DNA of 64,000 nt, taken from Halodesulfurarchaeum sp. Lineage in GTDB: Archaea; Halobacteriota; Halobacteria; Halobacteriales; Halobacteriaceae. The stretch is from the NCBI GenBank assembly GCA_034520565.1, contig JAXHNL010000002.1:1312001-1376000 (forward strand), read 5' to 3'. The position numbers and the translations under genes are program-made. The notes beneath the pieces were generated by a model that saw only the letters and a list, made by a program, of their open reading frames with translations, ran no database searches and was not told where the DNA came from. Shown piece by piece: positions 11,043 to 20,414 of this stretch; the stretch's first letter is position 1, and each line of letters begins with the position of its first letter.

Positions 11043-12444
11043 TTAGTTTTCGATTCGTTCGATCGCCGATTCGATCGTCGATCGGACCGCAGTCACCAGG
11101 TCGTCGACGGTTTCGCTCTCGGCGTACAGCCGCACGTAGGGTTCGGTGCCGCTCGGTCGCACGAGGGCCCAGGCCCCGTCGTCGAATGCCAGTCGCACCC
11201 CGTATTCCGTCGAGACCGTCGCCGCCGGGAACGCCTCGGGCAGCGTCGGTTCCAGTCGATCCATGACTGGCGCTTTGTTCCCCTCCTCGCAGGGAATGCT
11301 CACTTTTCGGTAGGGACGCTCCGTGATTGGTTCCCGGAGTTCGGCCAGGCCGCCGGCCGCAGCCACGAGTACGGAAAGGAGGCCCGCGCTTGCGATCCCG
11401 TCGATCCAAAGCCCGAGTTGTGGATGGACGTGTTTCCAGGGCTCCGCGGCGAACACTACCGTCCCGGCATCGGACTGCACTGCAGCGATCCCCTCGTGGA
11501 GTGCGCCCAGTCGAACCCGTTCGACCGTCCCGCCCGCTGCTTCGACCCGCTGGTCGATCCGGCCCGACGCGTTCGGGGTGGTTACGACGACCGGGTCCTC
11601 GACCGTGGTCGTGCGCACGTAATATTCGGCGAGGATGGCCACGACGGTGTCCTCGTGGACGACGTCGCCCGGATCCGTCGAGCAGCACGACCCGGTCCGC
11701 GTCGCCGTCGTGGGCGATCCCGAAATCCGCCGGATGGTCCGCGACGAACGTGCTGAACGCCGAGAGCGTTTCGGGAGTGGGTTTACTGGGTCGGCCGGGG
11801 AACAGCCCGTCGACGTTGCCGTTTACCGACACGACGTCGGCGCCGAGGCGGTCGAGGACCTGGGGCGTTCCGAGACTGCCCATTCCGTTTCCACAGTCCA
11901 CGGCGATCGTTAATCCATCGAGTGGCGTCGGTTCCGCGAGTTCCGTGCCCGGCCCCGCTGGATGGCTTTCGGGGAGGGCCCGTCCCTCCAGGAATCCCAG
12001 GACCGCTGTTCGGTAGTCCTCGAGGATCGATTCTGACTCGGTCTCGCCCCACTGGTCCCAGTCGGCCGGTTCGGGTCCGCCGGCGATGCGATCGGCGACC
12101 GTCAGTTCGGCATCCCGGTCGAACTCCGACCCGTCGACGAAGAGTTTGATCCCGTTATCCTCCGGCGGGTTATGCGAGGCGGTCACCTGGACGCCATAGC
12201 GGCCCCGGGAGGCAAAGGCAAGCGCTGGCGTCGGAACCATGCCGACGTCGTGCACGGACGCTCCGGCACTCTCCAGACCGGCTCGGAGCGCGTCTCGGAG
12301 CGTCCCGCCAGTCACTCTTCCGTCCCGGCCGACTGCGAACTCCCGGCCCGGTTCGCCGACGGCCTGTCCCACCTGCAACGCGAGTTCCGGGGTCACCTCG
12401 TCTTTGACTCGGCCCCGGATCCCGGCGGTTCCAAAGAGATCCAT
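11043..12444 (-). CDS. Phosphohexomutase/phosphopentomutase family (frameshift near 11668)
   Basis: LFGTAGIRG, TASHNP, DGDADR. The C-terminal RPSGTEP..R.Y.E motif is in a second frame. Confidence 0.88.
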
Positions 12445-12503
12445 ACCCGGGGTTGCCGTCGGAGGTAGTATATAGTATCGAAAGTCGCTGTGCAATTGTC
12501 ACG

Positions 12504-12971
12504 TCACAACTGGACGCCGTTCGGAAGCAGGCTCTCTGACTCCCGGAGTTCGCCGGATTCGCCATAGACGAGAAACGTGTCCATCTCGACGGTTCGGACC
12601 GGTGTGGTCCCGGCGACGAACTGGATCCGGTATTTCGGCGGTCCGTCGACGGTCGACGCGCGACGTTTCGTCGCGTCCAGAAATTCGAGGACGCGTTCGG
12701 CGTCCACGTTGCACTCACAGATGTAATCGCCAGTGAGGCGATCGGAAACCCCGAGGACGCCTGCCTCCACGGACTCGGGCTCCCCCTTGAACCGGAGCGA
12801 GACGTCGACGTCGGATTCGTCAAGCGGGTTGCCATCCGCGCTTTCGAGGCCAGTTCTGAGGTCCGAGCCGGGGCCGTCGTACTGGATCCGCAGGGTCGGG
12901 AGCGGCGCCGTTTCGGCTCCCGAGACCGGCTCGACGTGTCGCATGGTCAGGGAGAACTCCTGGCGCTGCAT
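12504..12971 (-). CDS. Conserved haloarchaeal hypothetical protein
   Basis: Acidic 155-aa ORF filling the gap between the mutase and pilB. Confidence 0.65.
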   Translation of the reverse strand: MQRQEFSLTMRHVEPVSGAETAPLPTLRIQYDGPGSDLRTGLESADGNPLDESDVDVSLRFKGEPESVEAGVLGVSDRLTGDYICECNVDAERVLEFLDATKRRASTVDGPPKYRIQFVAGTTPVRTVEMDTFLVYGESGELRESESLLPNGVQL

Positions 12972-13071
12972 TACCCGCAGTTCGGGTTCGCGAAAAATGA
13001 ACGTGACGGCGGGGGCGAGTCGTGTGGGGGGTTTTTAAGCAGGGCGCCGCCATCTGTGTGTGTAGAGATCG

Positions 13072-14760
13072 ATGCCCGAGAATCCAGCCGGGAACGGGGA
13101 CTCTCCCCCGGCCTTTGACTCCACGCTTTCGTCGATCCGGTGGCGACTCGCCCGGATCGCGGAGGTCATCACCGGCTCGTCCATCGACCTGGAGCCGTAC
13201 GACCCGGCCCGGGACGGACCGCTCGCCAGGTTTTCTGGACTCGAAGGGTACGAAGAGCTCGAGCGCTACTGGGTGAACGCCCCCTTTGCCTTCGTGACGA
13301 TCGCCCACAATCCCGAGCAAAACGAGTTCCGCTATCTCGTGGTCGAACCCGACCTGACCGAGTTCCAGCACGAACTCCTCGACCAGGTGTTCACCGATAC
13401 GCGGGAATCGCTGATCTTCCGGGCGGAGTACGACCCGGCCGACGCGGAAGCCGTCATCACCGAACACCTCCTCGAATTGCTCGGCCAGTACGGTGTCGAC
13501 GTGGACCCAAACACCGTCTATCGCCTGTTTTACTACCTCTATCGCACCTTCGAGGGTTTCGACAAACTCGACCCGCTCATGCGGGACCCCCACATCGAGG
13601 ACATCTCCTGTGACGGCTATGACCTCCCGATTTACGTCTATCACGACGAGTACACCGACATCCAGACCAATCGATCCTTCGCCGAGGAGGAACTCGACGA
13701 CTTCGTGATCAAGCTGGCCCAGAGTTCGGGCCAGCACATCTCGATCGGGGACCCAGTGACTGATGCCACGCTCTCCGACGGCAGCCGTGGCGAACTCGCC
13801 CTCGGTCGTGAAGTAACCCCTCGGGGATCGGCATTTACCATCCGGAAGTACGCAGAGGAACCGTTTACCCCCGCCGCGCTGGTCGACCTGAAAACCTTCA
13901 GCCTCGATCAGATGGCCTACCTCTGGCTCGCCATCGAGAGCAACAAGTCCCTCATCTTCGCCGGCGGAACCGCCTCGGGGAAGACGACATCGATGAACGC
14001 CGTCTCGATGTTCGTCCCGCCGAACGCGAAGGTCGTCACCATCGAGGACACCCGGGAGTTGACCCTCTATCACGACAACTGGCTCTCTTCGATCACCCGG
14101 GAGAGCCTCGGGGAGGGCGAGGACATTTCGATGTACGATCTGCTCCGCTCCTCGCTGCGTCATCGCCCGGAATACATCATCGTGGGGGAGGTCCGGGGCC
14201 GCGAGGCGATGACGCTCTTCCAGGCGATGAACACCGGGCATACCACCTTCTCGACGATGCACGCAGACAGCGTCCAGACGGTGATCAACCGCCTCGAGAA
14301 CGAACCGATCAACGTGCCACGCGCGATGATCCAGTCCCTCGACGTGCTCTCGGTGCAGACCCTGACCTACGTCGGGGACGAGCGGGTCCGTCGAACCCGG
14401 ACGATCGCCGAAATCGAGGGGATCGACCAGCGCACGGGGGATCTCGATTATTCGATGGCCTTCGAGTACGATCCGGAGAGCGACTCCCATGAGCAGTTCG
14501 ACAGCATCGTCCTCGAGGAGATCAGGGAGGATCGCGGCTGGACCCGCTCGGAACTGCTGCGCGAGTTTCGCGACCGGAAACGCGTCCTCCAGTACCTTCT
14601 GGAACACGACGTCAGGGATTATCGCCGATTCACCGCTCTGGTTAACGACTACTACGCCGACAAGGAGTCCGTCATGGCCCGCATTGGCGATCAACTGGAG
14701 CAATCGGTTCGGGGGCCGGACGTGATCGACCGGTCCGCCGACACGGAACCGGCCGGGTGA
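13072..14760 (+). CDS. pilB: Type IV pilus assembly ATPase
   Basis: Walker A GGTASGKT, TIEDTRE, RHRPEYIIVGEVRG, TGH..STMHA. Confidence 0.9.
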   Translation: MPENPAGNGDSPPAFDSTLSSIRWRLARIAEVITGSSIDLEPYDPARDGPLARFSGLEGYEELERYWVNAPFAFVTIAHNPEQNEFRYLVVEPDLTEFQHELLDQVFTDTRESLIFRAEYDPADAEAVITEHLLELLGQYGVDVDPNTVYRLFYYLYRTFEGFDKLDPLMRDPHIEDISCDGYDLPIYVYHDEYTDIQTNRSFAEEELDDFVIKLAQSSGQHISIGDPVTDATLSDGSRGELALGREVTPRGSAFTIRKYAEEPFTPAALVDLKTFSLDQMAYLWLAIESNKSLIFAGGTASGKTTSMNAVSMFVPPNAKVVTIEDTRELTLYHDNWLSSITRESLGEGEDISMYDLLRSSLRHRPEYIIVGEVRGREAMTLFQAMNTGHTTFSTMHADSVQTVINRLENEPINVPRAMIQSLDVLSVQTLTYVGDERVRRTRTIAEIEGIDQRTGDLDYSMAFEYDPESDSHEQFDSIVLEEIREDRGWTRSELLREFRDRKRVLQYLLEHDVRDYRRFTALVNDYYADKESVMARIGDQLEQSVRGPDVIDRSADTEPAG

Positions 14761-16841
14761 TCCAGGTGCTCGAACTGCTTCCGCTCGGACTCGTGGTGTT
14801 CTTCCTCTCGATGATCGTCCTTGCCGGCGTGTCGAGGCGGGTGAATCGGATCGTCTCCCGTCTCTCCCTCGCGATTTTCGGGTCTTACGTCGCGAAGCGT
14901 CGGTCGAGGAACGTCGAACAACTCCACACTCTGGCGGGGGCCCACCGGATCGACACGTTTCGCGTGTACGCCGCCAAGACGTTTCTCTACGCCACCATCG
15001 GCGCGCTTGCCGGCAGCGTAGCAGGCGTATACGTCTTTCTCGCCTTCAGACAGGCACTCGTCGCCGTGGGGATCCCCGAACAAATCCCGTGGCTGTTGGG
15101 CTTTCTCCGGAACGAGCCGGCCGAGATGGGGGTATTTGGCCTGTTCGTCCTGCTTCTTTTGAGCAGTGCGACGATCGGGGCCGTGGGCGCGTACCTGATC
15201 TATCAGTTCCGGTGGTACCTCCCGAAGTACGTGGCGACCGAGCGATCCCGGCGAATCGACTCGACCCTCAAGCGAAACATCGCGTTTCTCTTCGCGCTCT
15301 CCCGGAGTGGAATGCCCTTCTCGAAGGTACTGGGGACGCTTGCAACACACACCCCCATCTACGGCGAGACCGCCCGCGAGTTCGAGGTGACGATGAAGGA
15401 CATCGATCTCCTCGGTGCCGACCTCGTCACGGGTATCGAGCGGACGAGCGATCGAACGCCCAACGACAACCTGGAGGAGTTCTCGGAGAACCTCGCGAGC
15501 GTGCTCCGGAGCGGGGGCTCGCTGACCGACTTCTTGGGGGGCCAGTACGAGTACTTTCTCGACGAGGAAAGTGCCCAACAGGACCGCTTTATCGAGTTGC
15601 TGGGAGCGCTCGCGGAGGCGTACGTGACCGTTTTCGTGGCCGGCATGCTCTTTCTCATCACGATCCTGGTGGTGGTTGGGCTGCTTCTTGGGGGGACACT
15701 GGCGCTCCTCCAGGTACTCGTGTACGTCGTGATCGGGCTGGCCAATATCGGCTTCATCGTCTATCTCGACACAATCACCGAGGACGTCCCCGACCCGGAG
15801 GAAACGCAGGCTGGATCGACTGACGTCGGCCAGTTCCCGGGCCTCTCAACCCGACAGCCGGAGGGACGAACTGACGATCCGGGTTCGGCGGTGGCGAAAA
15901 ATCGGTACAAACTGGTGATCGCCCGTCGATTGAGCCCGATTCGTCGCGCCTTCGACGACCCCGGCCGACTGTTGACCGAGCGGCCGAGCGCGATTTTGGC
16001 AGTGACGGTCCCACTCGGGATCATTTACTTGCTCGTGGCCTGGATGCCGTCCCTCGCGAGCGGAGCGATCGAGCCGGCTGCACTGGACGACCCATTGATC
16101 CAGGTCGCCGTTTTCGTTACCGGAACCTACGCCATTACCTACGAAACCGGACACCGACGTGTCAAGGAGATCGAAACGGCGATCCCCGACTTTCTCGAAC
16201 GGTTTGCCGCGACGAACGAGGCCGGTATGTCGATGATCGAGAGTTTCGGTCGGGTGGCCCGCACTGACATCGGGGCGCTCACGACGGAGATGCGCCGGAC
16301 CTGGACCGACATCCAGCTCGGTGCGCACATGGAAATGGCGTTGAGCCGTTTCGAGCAACGCGTTCGGACGCCGGCGATTACCCGGGTCACGACGCTGACG
16401 ACGAACGCGATGGGGGCCACCAACGACATCGGGCCGGTACTGCGTATTGCCGCCGACGAGGCCAAGTCCGCCAGGCGGCTCGAACGGGATCGCCGCAACG
16501 AGCTTTTGACCTACGTGGTCGTGATTTACGTCGCCTTCTTCGTGTTCATCGGTATCGTGCTGGCCCTCGATCAGGTGTTCATTCCGAGCATCCCCACGAA
16601 CCTTGACGTCGGTGGAGGGACCGCCCCTGGAACGGGACTCGGGTTCGGTGGGAGTATCGGTGATCTGACCGAGGCGAAAAAGGATGCCTACGGGCTGGTC
16701 TTCTTCCACGCCGGCCTCGTCCAGGGCTACGTTTCGGGCTTCGTCGCGGGCCAGATGAGCGACGGGAAACTCGCGAGCGGGGCCAAGCACGCGACGATCA
16801 TGCTCGTCATCGCGTATGCCGTCTTCCTGCTCTTCGGATGA
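14757..16841 (+). CDS. pilC: Type IV pilus platform membrane protein with two T2SS-F domains
   Basis: Multi-TM protein overlapping pilB; two GspF-like blocks; C-terminal SG.KHA. Confidence 0.85.
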   Translation: MIQVLELLPLGLVVFFLSMIVLAGVSRRVNRIVSRLSLAIFGSYVAKRRSRNVEQLHTLAGAHRIDTFRVYAAKTFLYATIGALAGSVAGVYVFLAFRQALVAVGIPEQIPWLLGFLRNEPAEMGVFGLFVLLLLSSATIGAVGAYLIYQFRWYLPKYVATERSRRIDSTLKRNIAFLFALSRSGMPFSKVLGTLATHTPIYGETAREFEVTMKDIDLLGADLVTGIERTSDRTPNDNLEEFSENLASVLRSGGSLTDFLGGQYEYFLDEESAQQDRFIELLGALAEAYVTVFVAGMLFLITILVVVGLLLGGTLALLQVLVYVVIGLANIGFIVYLDTITEDVPDPEETQAGSTDVGQFPGLSTRQPEGRTDDPGSAVAKNRYKLVIARRLSPIRRAFDDPGRLLTERPSAILAVTVPLGIIYLLVAWMPSLASGAIEPAALDDPLIQVAVFVTGTYAITYETGHRRVKEIETAIPDFLERFAATNEAGMSMIESFGRVARTDIGALTTEMRRTWTDIQLGAHMEMALSRFEQRVRTPAITRVTTLTTNAMGATNDIGPVLRIAADEAKSARRLERDRRNELLTYVVVIYVAFFVFIGIVLALDQVFIPSIPTNLDVGGGTAPGTGLGFGGSIGDLTEAKKDAYGLVFFHAGLVQGYVSGFVAGQMSDGKLASGAKHATIMLVIAYAVFLLFG

Positions 16842-17482
16842 CCGACGGGGAACCGGATCCACCGTCGATTCGCCGGGTCTACGACCGGATCGGGGCCCAT
16901 TTCTCTCAGACCAGGCGCTATCCGTGGACGGACGTCACGGACTTTCTCGAGACCGTCGAGGGGGTGGTGGGGCTCGACGTCGGTTGTGGAAACGGTCGGC
17001 ATACCGGACCCCTTGCCGAGGTCGTTGACCGTCCGCTGGGGATCGACCTGAGCCGGACGCTGCTTTCGGAGGCCACGGAGCGGGCTGTCGAGGGGGACTA
17101 TCGGGCCGATTTCGTTCAGGGAACGGCCACATCACTTCCGATCGGTTCATCGACGGTCGATGTCGGACTCTACATCGCGGCGATTCATCACCTCAGAAGC
17201 CGGGCGGCCCGGATCGAGAGTCTCGACGAGTTGGCCCGGGTCCTCTCCCCGGGTGGAACGGCCCTGCTCAGCAGCTGGTGTACGACCCACGACCGGTTCG
17301 ACCGGACGATGGGTTTCGATACGACCGTCGACTGGACGCTTCCGGACGGGGAGACAGTCGCTCGATTCTACCACATTTACGACCCCGCGGAATTCAAGAC
17401 TGACGTCGAGGCGAGCGACCTCGAATGGCACGCGGTCTGGGTGTCCGCGGGCAATTGCTATGCCCGCGTCGGGCCGAGATGA
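16838..17482 (+). CDS. Class I SAM methyltransferase, Trm9/ALKBH8-like
   Basis: VYDRIGAHFSQTRRYPW, LDVGCGNGRH, IAAIHHL, RFYHIY. Confidence 0.8.
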   Translation: MTDGEPDPPSIRRVYDRIGAHFSQTRRYPWTDVTDFLETVEGVVGLDVGCGNGRHTGPLAEVVDRPLGIDLSRTLLSEATERAVEGDYRADFVQGTATSLPIGSSTVDVGLYIAAIHHLRSRAARIESLDELARVLSPGGTALLSSWCTTHDRFDRTMGFDTTVDWTLPDGETVARFYHIYDPAEFKTDVEASDLEWHAVWVSAGNCYARVGPR

Positions 17483-17518
17483 AAGCTTCTTATCCGGGGG
17501 TCACATAACCTCGGCCGA

Positions 17519-17589
17519 GCGCCGGTGGTCTAGCGGCAGGACCTGAGCCTTCCAAGCTCATGGCCCGGGTTCGAATCCCGGCCGGCGCA
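17519..17589 (+). tRNA. tRNA-Gly(TCC)
   Basis: Acceptor GCGCCGG/CCGGCGC, anticodon arm TGAGC-CTTCCAA-GCTCA, T-arm CCGGG-TTCGAAT-CCCGG. Confidence 0.96.
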
Positions 17590-17755
17590 TCCACTTTTTA
17601 CTCCCTCGGGTTTCCTCGGTCGCCTTCGGCGACCTCCGGGAACCACTCGGTCGCAAAAACTTGGGGAAAAAGCCGCAGCTCGACGCTCACTCCGTTCGCG
17701 TCGAGTGAACCGCACTCGCTCCGCTCGTGCGGATGCTCAAACGTTGAGCTTTTTT
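17590..17755. repeat. Multi-hairpin intergenic element after tRNA-Gly, ending in a hairpin plus T6 tract
   Basis: GGTCGCC-TTC-GGCGACC, CTCGACGC..GCGTCGAG, CCGCAC..GTGCGG, GCTCAA-ACG-TTGAGC-TTTTTT. Confidence 0.7.
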
Positions 17756-17875
17756 AGAGACCGTCGATCCTTTCCTTTCGTTTGCTTTGTTTCCTCGCCG
17801 TTTTCTCCCTCTTTTTGCCTTCGAGACGGCACCTGTCCCCGTATATTAATACCATCGCCACCCGACGGCGAAGGT

Positions 17876-18622
17876 ATGCTGTCGTATCGGTTCGTGGACG
17901 TACTTGGACGGGCCGTCGAAACCGCCGGGCAGGCGGTTGCCGACGCGGCCGACGTGACCTCGGACCACCAGGGTGGCCTGATCCCGGACCAACCCGGCGT
18001 CGAGGAACGAGTCGGGGGCGAACTCCTGCGACAGATGGCTCGCGAGACCGACGGCCGCGAACTGGAGCGGGCCACGTTCGCGGCTCGCAGCGTTCGCGTC
18101 GACGGCTCGAAGCACTCCCCGTCTATTCCGGGTGTGGACATCGGGCTGGTGGTGTCAATCGACCTCCCGACCTACCGGGCCACGAGCGTGGCGCTCGGCA
18201 CGGTCCTGCATACGGCGAGTCTCCCCGAGGACGTCTCCGGGACGAACGGAACCCCGGTCAGGGATCGAGTGCAGTCACTCGTGGAACGAACGCCCGCGTC
18301 GTTCCTGCTTCTGGTGACCGAGACCGGGACCAGGGCCATCCCTGGTCGGAGCCTTCTCGCAATGGCCGACCCAGCGACGGTCGAGACCCTCGAAACCCAT
18401 CTCTACGGCCGGGCACTGGGTCGATTCGTCCAGGATCTCGCCGAAGGATTCGTCGGGGTGAGTCGACTCGACGGCGATACCAGGCCGCTCGCCGTGGCGC
18501 TCCAGGATGGGACGGGGCTTCGGGAGTGGGCGAAATCCCACCAACTCGACGGCGTGTACTCGCTGACTGTGGGAACGACACAGGATCGAACCGAATCCTC
18601 GCTTTCGGCCTTTCTCGACTGA
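17876..18622 (+). CDS. Hypothetical protein, possibly a degenerate PD-(D/E)xK fold
   Basis: ATG about 25-35 bp after TATATTAATA; GVDIGLVVSID strand. Confidence 0.55.
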   Translation: MLSYRFVDVLGRAVETAGQAVADAADVTSDHQGGLIPDQPGVEERVGGELLRQMARETDGRELERATFAARSVRVDGSKHSPSIPGVDIGLVVSIDLPTYRATSVALGTVLHTASLPEDVSGTNGTPVRDRVQSLVERTPASFLLLVTETGTRAIPGRSLLAMADPATVETLETHLYGRALGRFVQDLAEGFVGVSRLDGDTRPLAVALQDGTGLREWAKSHQLDGVYSLTVGTTQDRTESSLSAFLD

Positions 18623-18643
18623 CACAACCCGTTCCCGAACCGC

Positions 18644-19447
18644 TCAAAACTCGATCCGCTCGACGAGTTGCTCGTCCGGGCTGGTGGTGTTGACCGCGAC
18701 GACCCGAATCTCGTCTTCGAGGCCCGAATCTCGGAGCTTGTTCATGAGCAAGCCGTCGACCTGGTAGACGCCGGCGGCGTTTCGCATGGTGATCTCGACG
18801 AGAACGGGGGTTCCGTCGCCCTCGAGGAGGTCCACCCGCTCGATCGACTGACTCGAAATCGTGTTGATTCCCCGGCCACCTTTCTCGTATGGGACCCGGG
18901 AGCGCCCGCGTTCCATGTCCAGTGCATCGGCGACGCGGATGACGCCCGCCTCAGTCGTGAGGGGGTCCTCGGCGGAGTGATGGCAGAGTATCGCGTGGAG
19001 GATCTCGCCTTTCATCTTCACCCGATCGGTGACGTCGTAGAACTCCCCGAGGAGCCGGTCGAGGACGTCCGCGGCCAGCATGATCGAGTAGTAGGTATGG
19101 TCGTCGCGGTGGACGACGTGGCCGATGTCGTGGAGCGTCGCCGCAAACGCGATGATGACCGACTCGTCGGCCTCCTCGAGTCCCTGGTCAGTCGCCCCGT
19201 TGAACGGAACGTCAGCGCGTTTGAGCAGCCCGTAGAGTCTGAGCGCCCGGTTCCGGACGATTTCGACGTGTTTCCAGCCGTGATCGTTGTACCCCTTGCG
19301 GTCGACCGGATTCACGTTCTGCGCTTCGAGATACGCCTGAACCTCCGGGTCGTCCTGAATCAAGTCCAGTGCCTCGTTGAGGCGCTCGTCTGGGAAGGCG
19401 TGGTCCGCGGCAGGATCGTAGGCCTGTGTTCCGTTCGAATCGCTCAT
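18644..19447 (-). CDS. HD-domain metal-dependent phosphohydrolase
   Basis: NDHG..H, LHDIGH, CHH, VADALD. Confidence 0.88.
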   Translation of the reverse strand: MSDSNGTQAYDPAADHAFPDERLNEALDLIQDDPEVQAYLEAQNVNPVDRKGYNDHGWKHVEIVRNRALRLYGLLKRADVPFNGATDQGLEEADESVIIAFAATLHDIGHVVHRDDHTYYSIMLAADVLDRLLGEFYDVTDRVKMKGEILHAILCHHSAEDPLTTEAGVIRVADALDMERGRSRVPYEKGGRGINTISSQSIERVDLLEGDGTPVLVEITMRNAAGVYQVDGLLMNKLRDSGLEDEIRVVAVNTTSPDEQLVERIEF

Positions 19448-19625
19448 GGGGGATCAAACGGCTGCCATCCCATTAGGCTTCGTGGCTCGGCATTCGACGG
19501 GGTGCCACGAAAGTCCAGTACAGGCACCACCGAACGGTGGTTTTGCTCGGCCAGGGGCATTTGTCGGGCGGACTGGAAGCGACGGAGCATAAAGCCTATA
19601 ATCGCTACTGGGTTAGACCCGTGTA

Positions 19626-19898
19626 ATGACATTCGAGGTGCTACCCGCGTTCGGACTACCCGCCGGGGGGATGGAACTGGCGATCATCCTGTTGATCGCC
19701 GTGCTCCTGTTCGGGGCGAACAAGATTCCGAAACTGGCCCGTTCGACCGGGCAAGCGATGGGCGAATTCCAGCGCGGTCGCGAGGAAATCGAACAGGAAC
19801 TCGAGGAAGTACGGGAGGGCGGTAGCGCCTCCGAAGAGACCGAACTTGGCAGTTCCGAGGGCGAGTCGGAGCCCGCGACCGAAACCGAAGAAGAGTAA
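19626..19898 (+). CDS. tatA: Twin-arginine translocase subunit TatA
   Basis: GGMEL..TM..LLFGANKIPKLARSTG.AMGEF plus acidic tail. Confidence 0.92.
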   Translation: MTFEVLPAFGLPAGGMELAIILLIAVLLFGANKIPKLARSTGQAMGEFQRGREEIEQELEEVREGGSASEETELGSSEGESEPATETEEE

Positions 19899-19931
19899 CG
19901 GTTTTTTCCCGGCCCCGGTTATTCTGGTTCG

Positions 19932-20004
19932 GGGCGCGTGGCCAAGAGGATACGGCGAGAGGTTCCTAACCTCTAGATCGCGGGTTCGATTCCCGCCGCG
20001 CCCG
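19932..20004 (+). tRNA. tRNA-Arg(CCT)
   Basis: Acceptor GGGCGCG/CGCGCCC, anticodon arm AGAGG-TTCCTAA-CCTCT, T-arm GCGGG-TTCGATT-CCCGC. Confidence 0.95.
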
Positions 20005-20414
20005 TGTCGTGGGTCGAGCAGGTGCGACTTTTTTTGTTCGGTGATTCGGAAAACCGTCCAGGTCCGCGCTCCTCTGGAATCGACTCTCGGGTTCGACCGA
20101 TCAATTCCCGATCAGTACTGCAACTGTGTCTCGTGGCACCCTGTGATGTTCGGGACTACGAGAATACACACCTCAATTTAGAGGTAGGTTTTGAGGAATG
20201 TAGCAGGTATTCTGGGCACGCAACTTGCCGCACACGTTCGGAGTCTCCTTTTTGGGGCACTGAACCCCGGTCAGTAAAACTCCCCGAAGTCGGGGCAATT
20301 ATAACGGGTGGGGTCCGATTTCACGTGTACTGGAGGCAACCGATGCCCCCTTGCAAAGGCCCTATGTGGGAGACCTGAGAACTGAACAAATGGAACTGTT
20401 AACCTGACACACAT

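Noticed and set aside
9886-12495. 869-aa phosphomutase-BMP lipoprotein fusion in the ORF track
   Set aside because: Artefact of an extra base near 11668. The mutase C-terminus is in ORF 11043..11642 and the BMP gene has its own Tat signal at 10959.
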